Assembly: GCF_000020385.1 (NCBI RefSeq)
Contig: NC_010814.1
Location: forward strand, 3,270,001-3,302,000
Source of the DNA: Trichlorobacter lovleyi SZ
GTDB taxonomy: Bacteria > Desulfobacterota > Desulfuromonadia > Geobacterales > Pseudopelobacteraceae
Length of the DNA: 32,000 bases
Direction of reading: 5' to 3'
The notes beneath the pieces were generated by a model that saw only the letters and a program-made list of their open reading frames with translations, was not told the DNA's origin and did no database searches. The position numbers and the translations under genes are program-made. Positions 1 to 8,725 of this stretch are shown piece after piece (the first letter of the stretch is position 1; each line of letters opens with the position of its first letter).

Positions 1-429
1 CCAGAGCGCCTGACTGCCCTGATGCAACGTCAGCCAGAGCAGGAACAGCTGCCCGCCGAGGAAGGTCAGCCGCATCCGCCCGGTGCAGCCGGTAATCCCT
101 TTTTCCCGCATCAGGGCAATCACCAGCAGGTTAAACGGAAGCAGGATCGCCAGGGCCCGATAGACCAGGTTGGCCTCCGGCGTGACTGTGCCAGCAGCCA
201 GGTAATGGCTGCCCAGGTAGTAATTTACCGTAGCGAGAATGATCAGCAGACAGACCCTGCCCCGCTTGAAATGGTAACCGGATATAAGCGCCGCTGCTGC
301 CAGCAGATAGGGAGCCAGGGTCAGCAGTTCCTGTTGTGCGGGCGAGAGGGAAAAGGCGCGTGAAAGCAGCAACCAGGAGAGCAGCAGGACGATCAGCGGA
401 AGCAGCAGCGATGAAAGGTTGCGGAGCAT
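1..429 (-). CDS. Integral membrane protein, N-terminal part (CDS runs off the left edge of the window)
   Basis: Absent from the ORF track because it has no stop inside the window. My reverse-complement translation from the ATG (complement of 427-429) reads MLRNLSSLLLPLIVLLLSWLLLSRAFSLSPAQQELLTLAPYLLAAAALISGYHFKRG..., open through position 1 (143 codons), with several hydrophobic helices. It lies 17 nt downstream of the HD-domain gene on the same strand. The + strand ORF 22-363 is its antisense shadow. Confidence 0.55.
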   Translation of the reverse strand, partial: MLRNLSSLLLPLIVLLLSWLLLSRAFSLSPAQQELLTLAPYLLAAAALISGYHFKRGRVCLLIILATVNYYLGSHYLAAGTVTPEANLVYRALAILLPFNLLVIALMREKGITGCTGRMRLTFLGGQLFLLWLTLHQGSQALW

Positions 430-446
430 AGGGGCCGGCCTTCGGG

Positions 447-1235
447 CTATGGCTGACCGGACTGCGTCAACAGTGACGACATGGCACGGTCAACGGCCCG
501 CTGTATAAGGGGGGAAGCCGGCAGGGTGGCGGCCAGGCGTCTCAGATAGTCACGTTCAAGCAACAGGCGCCGGGTGGTGGTGAAGTTCAGATCATAGACC
601 CAGGAGATCTGCAACAGCTTGAAGTCGTTCAGCACCCGGGCCTGCTCAAGCCTGACAATTTCCCCCGCTGCAAGGGCCTCCAGGCAGGCCGGCGTTACCT
701 CCGGCAGGTCGGGAAACCCCAACCCCACCGCCGAGGCTCGTTCTCCCTCGGGCAACTGGAAATAGTCGAGAAAGACCCTCCAGATATCCAGTTTATCGGC
801 ATCACGGATCAAACGGATAAAACGGTCCGTCGGGGAGCTGATCCTGTCCGGCAGGGTCAGCAGGTTATGAAGGCGCACCGCCTCCTCTATCAGCAGTTGC
901 TCTTCGGCAGGCAGACGTTGCAGCAGGGCTTCGTCGCGGATCACCTCCAGCGACAGGCGGGCGTGGTTGTCAGACTCGCTGTCACGAAAGGTACGCCAGC
1001 GGCGGTATTGAGGAAAACGACCGACATCATGCAGCAGGGCCACCGCACAAGCCAGTGTCGTCTCTGCGTCAGTCAGCCCTTCGCCTGCGGCCAGCGCCTC
1101 CATGCAGGCCACCACCCGCTGCGTATGATCCTGCTTGAGACGGATATTCCGCAACCCTTCCGGGTCCAGATCCCCAAAGGTTGCCACATAGCTGCCGAAC
1201 CACTCCTGCAGCTGCTGAAGCTCGGCAATCTGCAT
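447..1235 (-). CDS. HD-domain metal-dependent phosphohydrolase
   Basis: Tracked ORF 447-1289(-). HD signature LLHDVGRF plus downstream DADKLD. I place the start at the ATG at 1235-1233 (MQIAELQQLQEW...), which overlaps the ubiE stop as TAATG. The 18 extra upstream codons of the tracked ORF lie inside ubiE. Confidence 0.8.
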   Translation of the reverse strand: MQIAELQQLQEWFGSYVATFGDLDPEGLRNIRLKQDHTQRVVACMEALAAGEGLTDAETTLACAVALLHDVGRFPQYRRWRTFRDSESDNHARLSLEVIRDEALLQRLPAEEQLLIEEAVRLHNLLTLPDRISSPTDRFIRLIRDADKLDIWRVFLDYFQLPEGERASAVGLGFPDLPEVTPACLEALAAGEIVRLEQARVLNDFKLLQISWVYDLNFTTTRRLLLERDYLRRLAATLPASPLIQRAVDRAMSSLLTQSGQP

Positions 1236-1945
1236 TACTCTTTGGCCCCGGTATAGATCGAGGCGATACCGAAAGTCAACGCCTGACAACGCACATGCTT
1301 GAAGCCGATATCACCCATGGTGGCACAGAATTCTTCACTGGAGGGAAATTCAAGCACTGAATCGGGCAGGTACTTGTACGCATCATATTTGGAAAAAATC
1401 CCGCCGATAACCGGCAGAATGGTACGAAAATAGAAGTGATAGAGCCAGCGGAACAACGCAGAGCGTGGTGTAGAAAATTCCAGAATCACCAAACGGCCGC
1501 CCGGCTTGATCACCCGCCAGAGTTCTGCCAGGCCAAGACGACGGTCAACCACGTTACGGATACCAAAGGCGATCGTCACCGAGTCAAAGGTATCCGCCCC
1601 AAAGGGCAGATCCTCACAGGGGGCCACCTTGAAGTCAATCCGGTCGGCATAGGCGGACGCGGCAATCTTGGCCTGTCCCAGAGCAACCATTTCAGGACTG
1701 AAATCCGCGCCGGTAATCTTCAGTGAGGCTGGGGTTACCCGTGCAATCTCAAGCGCAACATCCCCGGTTCCGGTGGCGACATCCAGTACGCGTCCCCCCT
1801 CCGGGGCCTTGATCAGACGTACCGCGGTCCGGCGCCAGCGTTTATCAATACCGAAGCTGAGCAGATGATTAAGAAAATCGTAGCGGGGAGCGATGGTGTC
1901 GAACATCTGCTGGATCTGCTCCCCTTTTTGCGATAGCCTGAACAT
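1235..1945 (-). CDS. ubiE: Demethylmenaquinone / ubiquinone C-methyltransferase (UbiE/MenG family, SAM-dependent)
   Basis: 236 aa. N-terminus VQQMFDTIAPRYDFLNHLLSFGIDKRWRR is the classic UbiE/MenG signature. SAM-binding motif VLDVATGTGD. Confidence 0.92.
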   Translation of the reverse strand: MFRLSQKGEQIQQMFDTIAPRYDFLNHLLSFGIDKRWRRTAVRLIKAPEGGRVLDVATGTGDVALEIARVTPASLKITGADFSPEMVALGQAKIAASAYADRIDFKVAPCEDLPFGADTFDSVTIAFGIRNVVDRRLGLAELWRVIKPGGRLVILEFSTPRSALFRWLYHFYFRTILPVIGGIFSKYDAYKYLPDSVLEFPSSEEFCATMGDIGFKHVRCQALTFGIASIYTGAKE

Positions 1946-2073
1946 GGTTTTTTGTACCCTTCAGCAAGTGTTTAATGATATAAGATAAGGCTTATTCATC
2001 TACCATACTTTAGTACTCCATGCCAGCAGAAACGCCGCAAATCCCTGTTGCCGCAACAGGAGAATCGCTTACC

Positions 2074-3222
2074 ATGCCCCACTTCAGACTCCAGGACATC
2101 TTCGACATTCTGATCATGAGCATCCTGATCTATCAGCTCTACTCATGGTTTCGCAAAAGCCGAGCCATCCAGGTTCTGGCAGGACTCGGCACGATTACGG
2201 CCATCTACTTTGTCACCCGCCAGACCGGGCTGCATATGACCAGCTGGGTACTACAACAGCTGGGCACCGTCGTGATCGTGGTCATCGTCGTCATCTTTCA
2301 GAACGAGATCCGTCAAACCCTCTACCGTTTCAGCAAGCTCAGGGAACTGGTGGGAGGGGGCAGCGAACAACACTGTTCAGGCCCCAACATCATTGCCGAA
2401 GCCGTCTTTGGCCTTGCCGAGTCACGCTGCGGAGCCATCATTGTTTTTCAGCGCACCGATCAGCTGGATGACTACCTGAGCAACGGGACACAGCTGGAGG
2501 CACTGGTCTCCGCACCGCTGCTGAGCAGCATCTTCAAGGACGGCACACCGCTCCATGACGGAGCCGTACTGATCCGGGACGAGCGGATCATGCAGGCGGC
2601 ATGCCTGTTGCCGCTATCCGACTCACAACAGCTGCCCCAGCAGTACGGCACCCGCCACAGGGCCGCCATTGGCCTGACGGAACGCACCGATGCGGTGGTA
2701 CTGGTGGTATCGGAAGAACGGGGAGAGGTGTCACTGGCAGAGGCAGGCGAACTGACCACCCTGCTTACCCCTGTTCAGCTCAGAAACAGACTAGAAGCAC
2801 TGTTGACCCCCCGGGAACAGCAGAAGAAACGCCCGCTTATCAGGCGGATCTTCAACGACCTGCTACCAAAAACATCCATACTTCTTGGAGTTACCGTTAT
2901 CTGGCTACTGCTTTCCGCCCGCCAGGGAGAAGTGGCCATTGTGCCGGTACCGCTTACCTTCCATGGCCTGCCCAACGGCATGACCCTGACGCGGGTCTCC
3001 CCCGAAGAGGTCACGGTACGCCTGCGCTCGGCCTCAGGCCTGGTACCGTCACCCCGCCAGCTTGACCTGACCGCAGACCTGGACCTGAGTGGCGTCCAGG
3101 AGGGGCACAATACCCTGCGGGTATCCCTCTCCCATGTCCGGGTTCCGCCCGGCATGACGGTGGTGGGGCTTGAACCGACCACCGTACGGGTTATCGTAAA
3201 AGGCCCGCAAAAACAAAAATAA
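2074..3222 (+). CDS. cdaA: Diadenylate cyclase CdaA (three N-terminal TM helices + DAC domain) fused to an extra TM helix and one YbbR-like (CdaR-type) domain
   Basis: DAC motifs DGAVLIRDERI and GTRHRAAIGLTERTDAVVLVVSEERGEVSLA. After the DAC domain comes a hydrophobic helix (TSILLGVTVIWLLLSA), then a beta-rich segment (VPVPLTFHGLPNGMTLTRVSPEEVTVRLRS...TVRVIVK) typical of YbbR repeats. Start chosen at ATG 2074 (AGGAGA 10 nt upstream; MPHFRLQDIFDILIMSILIYQLY matches the usual CdaA N-terminus). ATG 2020 is an alternative. Confidence 0.85.
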   Translation: MPHFRLQDIFDILIMSILIYQLYSWFRKSRAIQVLAGLGTITAIYFVTRQTGLHMTSWVLQQLGTVVIVVIVVIFQNEIRQTLYRFSKLRELVGGGSEQHCSGPNIIAEAVFGLAESRCGAIIVFQRTDQLDDYLSNGTQLEALVSAPLLSSIFKDGTPLHDGAVLIRDERIMQAACLLPLSDSQQLPQQYGTRHRAAIGLTERTDAVVLVVSEERGEVSLAEAGELTTLLTPVQLRNRLEALLTPREQQKKRPLIRRIFNDLLPKTSILLGVTVIWLLLSARQGEVAIVPVPLTFHGLPNGMTLTRVSPEEVTVRLRSASGLVPSPRQLDLTADLDLSGVQEGHNTLRVSLSHVRVPPGMTVVGLEPTTVRVIVKGPQKQK

Positions 3223-3260
3223 CGGCATGCTTAATGCATATGGTCAGACACCACCAAAAC

Positions 3261-3289
3261 TTGACAAAAAAACAATGTTGTTATATATG
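3261..3289 (+). promoter_or_regulatory. Candidate sigma-70 promoter for the LysM/NlpC-P60 gene
   Basis: TTGACA (3261-3266), 17-nt spacer, TATATG (3284-3289), about 40 nt upstream of a strong GGAGG RBS and ATG 3330. Confidence 0.45.
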
Positions 3290-3329
3290 CCATAAACCTG
3301 TTTCATAAAATCTCCAGGAAGGAGGACAC

Positions 3330-4373
3330 ATGACGCATTGCATTCGACTCATATCAGCCATCTGCCTGCTACTGCTTGCCCTTCCCCTGTCGGCCCTTGC
3401 CTCCAAAACCCACCAGGTCCGCACAAAAGAATCCCTTCACAGCATCGCACGTAAATACCGCGTCTCGGTTGAAGAGCTCAAGGCTGCCAACAATTTGAGC
3501 AGCATCCGCATTGCCAAGGGCACCACCCTGATCATCCCCTCCCGTGCCTCTGCTCAACCTGTCATTGAAAACTGCAGCAGCTATACGGTTGCAAAAGGGG
3601 ATACCCTGCCCAAAATCGCCAAAAAAACCGGCAAGAAAATGTCTGAACTACGCCGGATTAACAATTTAAAGGCAAACAAGGTCAAGCCGGGACAGGTTCT
3701 CGCCCTGGCAGACACCGCTGCAACCTGCGACCTGACAGCTGCCCGACAGACGCGCGGCAAACGGCTGGAGCTGGTTAACAGCGAGTTGTTGAATGAACAG
3801 GAGCTGAGTGCCACCCTGTCGGAACTTTCCGACATTGATGCCGACACCCCGGTTGACCTCGCTAAAAACCTTGAAGAACGCTCCACCACCTTCTCCACCC
3901 TGCAGAAATCAGCCTACGGTTTCCTGGGCGCACGTTACCGTTTTGGTGGCAACAGCCGTTATGCCCTTGATTGCTCAAGTTTTACCCAGCAGGTGTTCCG
4001 TGAGCAGAAGGTTTCATTGCCACGCACCGCACGTGAACAGTTCAGAGTGGGCAACGAGGTTCCCCGCGGCGACCTGCGGCGTGGCGACCTGGTCTTCTTC
4101 CGCACCTACGCACCGTTTGCGTCACATGTCGGCATCTACCTGGGCAACCGCAAAATGATTCATGCCTCATCGGCCGAGCACCGGGTGGTCATCTCCTCCA
4201 TGGACACCCCTTACTATCTGTCACGCTATCTGGGTGCCCGCCGGATTGACCGGGTCAACCCTGATACGATCAACATCAATGACCTGATGCTTGGCATTGA
4301 AGAAGAGAAGGAAGGCGATGTTCTGGCGAACGACCATCTGGGACTTAACCTGCCCGACACGCTTACCAAGTAA
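3330..4373 (+). CDS. Secreted peptidoglycan endopeptidase: signal peptide + 2 LysM domains + C-terminal NlpC/P60 (C40) domain
   Basis: Signal peptide MTHCIRLISAICLLLLALPLSALA. LysM repeats HQVRTKESLHSIARKYRVSVEELKAANNL and YTVAKGDTLPKIAKKTGKKMSELRRINNL. NlpC/P60 catalytic context YRFGGNSRYALDCSSF ... SHVGIYLGNRKMIHAS. Confidence 0.9.
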   Translation: MTHCIRLISAICLLLLALPLSALASKTHQVRTKESLHSIARKYRVSVEELKAANNLSSIRIAKGTTLIIPSRASAQPVIENCSSYTVAKGDTLPKIAKKTGKKMSELRRINNLKANKVKPGQVLALADTAATCDLTAARQTRGKRLELVNSELLNEQELSATLSELSDIDADTPVDLAKNLEERSTTFSTLQKSAYGFLGARYRFGGNSRYALDCSSFTQQVFREQKVSLPRTAREQFRVGNEVPRGDLRRGDLVFFRTYAPFASHVGIYLGNRKMIHASSAEHRVVISSMDTPYYLSRYLGARRIDRVNPDTININDLMLGIEEEKEGDVLANDHLGLNLPDTLTK

Positions 4374-4396
4374 CTGACAGCAGCTTTACGACCTGT

Positions 4397-4425
4397 ACGG
4401 GCTCATACGTGAGCCCGTTTTTTTT
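4397..4425 (+). terminator. Rho-independent terminator
   Basis: acgggctca / tacg / tgagcccgt hairpin followed by a run of 8 T. Confidence 0.85.
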
Positions 4426-4437
4426 GGCCTGCCCACC

Positions 4438-5994
4438 ATGCACACACTCCTTGCCTACATAACAGCCTCCTCCCGGAATCACCGCCCCGGAGATTTTGAG
4501 ACCCTGCTGCCGATCGGCCTCTGCTCGTTATACGCGCTGCTGCGTTCACGGGGTATGCCGGCAACCCTGGCCAACCTGTGCGGGATGAACGACAGGGCCA
4601 TTATCGACCTGCTGCTCCAGCAGCGGCCGTCAGTCGTGGGGCTTTCGCACTGGACCCACAACCGGCATGCCACCCTGCAGCTGGCCGGCCTGGTCAGGCA
4701 GACCTTGCCCGACACCATCATCCTGCTGGGCGGCGGCCATGCAACCCATCAGGCGGAGTTAATTCTCAAACATCACCCCGAAGTTGACCTGGTTGCCGTC
4801 GGCGAAGCAGAACAGACACTGCTGGAACTTTTGGAGGCACTGGACAACGGCAGCCCATTGACAGCCGTTCCCGGCCTGGTCATGCGTGACAACGGCACGA
4901 TCCGGCGGACCGGGCAACGCCCACCCTGGCCGGATCTGGATCACCTGCCGTTTCCCTTTCTCTGGCTCCATGAAGCGATTAACGTTGACCAACCGCTGCA
5001 GGCCGAATTTATCAGCAGTTCCCGCGGCTGCCCTGCCGCATGCAGCTTCTGTGCATCCCCGGCCTTCTGGGGGCGGCGGGTACGCTATCGCTCAGCCCAT
5101 TCCGTGGCAGAGGAGATGCTCTACCTCCGTGACCACTATGGCCTACTGTACCTTTCCCTGCGTGATGACACCTTCACGGCAGACCGCCGCAGAACCGTCG
5201 AGCTCTGCCGCGAACTGATTGAAAGACGGGTCAACATCTTCTGGAACTGCCAGTCACGAGTTGAGGCAATTGACTGTGAAACCCTGGCATGGATGCGGCG
5301 AGCAGGCTGTGAATGCGTCCAGCTGGGGGTAGAATCAGGTTCATCAGCCATGCTAAAACTGCTGGGCAAACGGATCACGCCGGAACAGGTCGTCGAAGCG
5401 GCAGACCTGATCAGACAGAGCGGCATGCAACTTTCAGTCTACCTGATCACCGGTATTCCCGAAGAATCTGATGCCGACCGGCAGCAGACGATCAACCTGA
5501 TCAAACGGATTCAACCCGATGACCTGCAGGTGGCGCCGCTGGCCTACTACCCCGGCACAGCGCTGTTTGAAACGGCTGTCGCCGTAGAAAAAGTGGCGGA
5601 GACCCTGTTTGAAAGCAGCAGGGACGAGGCCGTGCTGGCAACCCCGAACGGCCGGCAGCAGGTCAAGCGCCTGCTTGCCCGCACCGCTCAGTACCGCAAC
5701 AACTGCAGCATGCAACAGCTGCTTGCCATCCAGAGGGATGCCGGTTACAGCGCCGTAACGGCCATGCAGGCCGGTGACCGTTATGCTGCGGATGGCGACC
5801 CGCACCAGGCTGAGCAACAGTACTGCCAAATCACCCAGAATGAACCTGACCACCCCTGGGGCTGGCTCTTACTTGCAGAGCTGTATGAGCAGTACGGGCA
5901 GCTCAAAAATGCAGCGCACTGTTACCAGCAGCTCTTGAAGCTGGTACCCCGGCACAGACCTGCCGCAGACGCGCTACGGCGCCTGGACCACTAA
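4438..5994 (+). CDS. B12-binding-domain radical SAM protein with C-terminal TPR-like repeats
   Basis: N-terminal cobalamin-binding-like Rossmann segment (VVGLSHWTHNRHATLQLAGLV...IILLGGGHATH). Radical-SAM cluster motif SSSRGCPAACSFCASP (CxxxCxxC). C-terminal helical repeats (AEQQYCQITQNEPDHPWGWLLLAELYEQYGQLKNAAHCYQQLLKLVP). Confidence 0.85.
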   Translation: MHTLLAYITASSRNHRPGDFETLLPIGLCSLYALLRSRGMPATLANLCGMNDRAIIDLLLQQRPSVVGLSHWTHNRHATLQLAGLVRQTLPDTIILLGGGHATHQAELILKHHPEVDLVAVGEAEQTLLELLEALDNGSPLTAVPGLVMRDNGTIRRTGQRPPWPDLDHLPFPFLWLHEAINVDQPLQAEFISSSRGCPAACSFCASPAFWGRRVRYRSAHSVAEEMLYLRDHYGLLYLSLRDDTFTADRRRTVELCRELIERRVNIFWNCQSRVEAIDCETLAWMRRAGCECVQLGVESGSSAMLKLLGKRITPEQVVEAADLIRQSGMQLSVYLITGIPEESDADRQQTINLIKRIQPDDLQVAPLAYYPGTALFETAVAVEKVAETLFESSRDEAVLATPNGRQQVKRLLARTAQYRNNCSMQQLLAIQRDAGYSAVTAMQAGDRYAADGDPHQAEQQYCQITQNEPDHPWGWLLLAELYEQYGQLKNAAHCYQQLLKLVPRHRPAADALRRLDH

Positions 5995-6027
5995 AAAAGG
6001 CGGCTGAACTTTCGTTCAGCCGCCTTT
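5993..6027. terminator. Bidirectional Rho-independent terminator shared by convergent genes
   Basis: A-run (5993-5998), stem ggcggctgaac / loop tttc / gttcagccgcc (5999-6024), then TTT. It sits between the radical-SAM stop (5994) and the minus-strand lipoprotein stop (6053). Confidence 0.8.
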
Positions 6028-6052
6028 CACAACGCTTCAGGATCAGACCTGT

Positions 6053-6520
6053 TTACTTCACAACCTCTACCGCCTGGGTCAGAACCAGGGCATCAAAGGT
6101 ACGCTTCAGGGTTTTGCTGGGGAAGTTCGGCAGAGCCGGTGCGTCTGCGTACTTGACCTTGTCACCCTTGGCAACCTTCATCGGCAGGGCTGCAACCCAG
6201 ATCTTCTTGCCGTCATCATGCTGTACCTGCATATAGATATACTGGCCGCCATCAAGAACTTCCAGCACCTTGCCGGACTTGGTGGGGACACCTTGCGGGA
6301 TGGCGGTCGGCTTCAGACCGGCATGGGGATCGCCCTTTTCAGCTCCGCCAGGCATGGCAGCCTTACCATCCTGAGCTGGCGGCATGCCGCCAACCGGTGG
6401 ATGGCCGGCAGGTAGAGCGCCCGCAGCCTGCTGGTTAGTTGGTGCTTCAGTCTTGGGCTTGTCCTGGCAACCCGCTAATGCAAGTGCAGCGATCATCAAT
6501 GTTACGATAGTTGCTTTCAC
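6053..6520 (-). CDS. Small lipoprotein of unknown function (Pro/Gly/Ala-rich linker + beta-rich C-terminal domain)
   Basis: In the tracked ORF 6053-6700(-) I place the start at GTG 6520, preceded by AGGAGG at 5-nt spacing. This gives (M)KATIVTLMIAALALAGCQDKPK, a signal peptide with a lipobox (LAGC). The upstream part of the tracked ORF has no coding character and overlaps the divergent promoter region. Confidence 0.6.
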   Translation of the reverse strand: MKATIVTLMIAALALAGCQDKPKTEAPTNQQAAGALPAGHPPVGGMPPAQDGKAAMPGGAEKGDPHAGLKPTAIPQGVPTKSGKVLEVLDGGQYIYMQVQHDDGKKIWVAALPMKVAKGDKVKYADAPALPNFPSKTLKRTFDALVLTQAVEVVK

Positions 6521-6604
6521 TGTTTCCTCCTGTTTGTTGGTACACATCGTTTTTGAATCATAGCATAACAGTCTGGAACTGGACAAAGAAAAAAGCGCTC
6601 CCGC

Positions 6605-6632
6605 TTGCCCCGGACAGATTGTGTGGTATACA
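6605..6632 (+). promoter_or_regulatory. Candidate sigma-70 promoter for ppk2
   Basis: TTGCCC (6605-6610), 16-nt spacer, TGG-TATACA (extended -10-like; TATACA at 6627-6632), about 30 nt upstream of ATG 6663. Confidence 0.3.
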
Positions 6633-6662
6633 GCCTTCAGATGCAGACCGGGAGGTGCCGCC

Positions 6663-8150
6663 ATGTTCGAATCAGCTGAGCTCGGCCACAAAATCAGCAA
6701 GGAAGTCTATAAGAAAGAGCTGCCCAACCTGCGGGAGGCTCTTCTGGATGCCCAGCTTGACCTGCTGCAGTCAGCCCGTTTCCCGGTCATCATCCTGCTG
6801 GCCGGAGTTGACTGTGCGGGCAAGGGTGAAACCATGAACCTGCTGCACGAGTGGATGGACCCCCGTCACATTGAGTCCCACGCCCAGCGGGAGCTGACCG
6901 ACGAAGAGCGGGAGCGGCCACCGATGTGGCGCTACTGGCGCGACCTGCCCCCCAAGGGAAAAATCGGCATCTTCATCGGTTCCTGGTACTCGGCCCCGCT
7001 GGTTGATAACGTCCATGGACGGACAAAGAATGCCGAACTGGATCAGCAACTGGACCGGATCATCCGCTTCGAGACCATGCTCTGCAACGAAGGGGCATTA
7101 ATCCTCAAATTCTGGCTGCATCTCTCGGAAGACCAACAGAAAAAGCGGCTCAGGAAATTGGAAAAAGACCCCAAAACCAGCTGGCGGATCAAGGAGAGCG
7201 ACTGGAAAAACTACAAGCAGTATGACCGCTTCCGGCTGGTTTCGGAACGGATGCTACGGACAACCAGCACACCGGAAGCACCCTGGATTATTGTGGAAGG
7301 CGCCGATGACCGCTACCGTTCGCTCTCCATCGGCAAGGCCCTGCTTGATGCACTGCGCCGGCGCCTTGATGCGCCGGAGACACCCCAGGCCAGCGAGCCG
7401 CTGCCCCCCCTTTTCAGCTCCATTGACGGGCTTCAGATTCTGCAGACCCTGGATATGACCAAAAAGGTCATCAAGAAGAAATATGATGATGAGCTTGAAA
7501 TCCTGCAAGGCCGCCTGAACCTGCTTTCCCGTCATAAGGATTTTGACAGGATTTCGGTGGTGGTGTTGTTTGAGGGAAACGATGCCGCCGGCAAGGGTGG
7601 CAGTATCCGCCGGATAACCCAGGCCCTTGACGCCAGGGCCTACCGGATCATTCCGATTGCCGCCCCCAGTGAAGAAGAACGGGCACAGCCCTATCTGTGG
7701 CGTTTCTGGCGCCACCTCCCCCGCCGGGGACGTTTTGCGATCTTTGATCGCTCCTGGTATGGCCGGGTACTGGTTGAGCGGGTGGAGGGTTTTTGCTCCC
7801 AGACCGACTGGATGCGGGCCTATAGCGAGATCAACGACTTTGAGGAACAGATGGTGCGCAATCACACGGTAGTAGCCAAGTTCTGGCTGGCCATTACCCA
7901 GGATGAACAGCTGAAACGGTTCAAGGAACGGGAGAAAATCGGATTCAAGCGGTTCAAGATAACGGAGGAGGATTGGCGCAATCGTGAAAAGTGGCCGCTG
8001 TATGAACAGGCGGTCTGCGACATGATCGACCGTACCAGCACCGAGATCGCCCCCTGGACCCTGGTGGAGGCCAACGACAAGAATCATGCACGGATCAAGG
8101 TGTTAAAGACACTTTGCAGCCAGATTGAACAGGCACTTGCAAAACTTTAG
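6663..8150 (+). CDS. ppk2: Two-domain polyphosphate kinase 2 (PPK2; polyphosphate:AMP/nucleotide phosphotransferase type)
   Basis: Two tandem PPK2 domains, each with a Walker-A-like motif (LLAGVDCAGKGE and LFEGNDAAGKGG) and WRFWRxLP-type motifs (MWRYWRDLPPKG, LWRFWRHLPRRG). Start moved to ATG 6663 (GGAGG 7 nt upstream). Confidence 0.9.
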   Translation: MFESAELGHKISKEVYKKELPNLREALLDAQLDLLQSARFPVIILLAGVDCAGKGETMNLLHEWMDPRHIESHAQRELTDEERERPPMWRYWRDLPPKGKIGIFIGSWYSAPLVDNVHGRTKNAELDQQLDRIIRFETMLCNEGALILKFWLHLSEDQQKKRLRKLEKDPKTSWRIKESDWKNYKQYDRFRLVSERMLRTTSTPEAPWIIVEGADDRYRSLSIGKALLDALRRRLDAPETPQASEPLPPLFSSIDGLQILQTLDMTKKVIKKKYDDELEILQGRLNLLSRHKDFDRISVVVLFEGNDAAGKGGSIRRITQALDARAYRIIPIAAPSEEERAQPYLWRFWRHLPRRGRFAIFDRSWYGRVLVERVEGFCSQTDWMRAYSEINDFEEQMVRNHTVVAKFWLAITQDEQLKRFKEREKIGFKRFKITEEDWRNREKWPLYEQAVCDMIDRTSTEIAPWTLVEANDKNHARIKVLKTLCSQIEQALAKL

Positions 8151-8212
8151 ATACCGCTGTATACCATGAATTCAATCGTTTTAGCAGATTGCAGCAGAAA
8201 AAGGATTGTCCT

Positions 8213-8713
8213 ATGCCGATTCCAGTCGAGGTGCTGGCAGCCCTCAACACAACCCCCGAAGCGCTGGCCAAAAATCTGATAGACGACACGCGCAGTGTTT
8301 ATTCAACCATGCTGGGCCTTGATCTGATGCATCTGCCTCTGGAAGTCGACCCGATGGAACACTTCCAGGACTGCGTATCGGCCATGGTCGGGCTGGCCGG
8401 CACCTACAACGGGCTGATCTCGATCCATCAGCCGACCTCGCTGGCCATGAAACTGACCGAGGCCATGCTTGACATGGAAGTCAACGAAATCGATCAGGAT
8501 GTCTTTGACGCCCTGGGAGAGATCGCCAACATGGTGGCAGGCAATGTCAAGCAGCACCTTTCAAAGGGTGGGCTGGATGTCAGGCTATCAACGCCGTCAG
8601 TGGCAACCGGAAGCGACTACATCATTTGCACCAAACAGGCCAACTCAATGAACCTGCTGTTTGACCTGGATGAGGAATGGATTCTGGTCAGCGTAGTGCT
8701 GGAGATGGACTGA
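8213..8713 (+). CDS. CheX-like chemotaxis phosphatase domain protein (orphan)
   Basis: 166 aa. GEIANMVAGNVK and the downstream LSTPSV segment resemble the CheX family core. ATG 8213 with AAGGA upstream; the tracked ORF begins at an upstream TTG. Confidence 0.7.
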   Translation: MPIPVEVLAALNTTPEALAKNLIDDTRSVYSTMLGLDLMHLPLEVDPMEHFQDCVSAMVGLAGTYNGLISIHQPTSLAMKLTEAMLDMEVNEIDQDVFDALGEIANMVAGNVKQHLSKGGLDVRLSTPSVATGSDYIICTKQANSMNLLFDLDEEWILVSVVLEMD

Positions 8714-8725
8714 GCCGGTCCCGGC

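Noticed and set aside
22-363. 113-aa + strand ORF at the left edge
   Set aside because: It is antisense to a better candidate: an uninterrupted minus-strand membrane-protein reading frame (1-429) with a proper ATG and operon context. The + strand product (MQRQPEQEQLPAEEGQPHPPG...) is low-complexity, as expected for a shadow ORF in GC-rich DNA.
6521-6700. Upstream extensions of the lipoprotein ORF (to 6700, minus) and of ppk2 (from 6621, plus), which would overlap each other
   Set aside because: The two extensions are mutually antisense within the divergent promoter region. Each gene has a downstream start with a good RBS (GTG 6520 after AGGAGG; ATG 6663 after GGAGG) that yields a sensible N-terminus.
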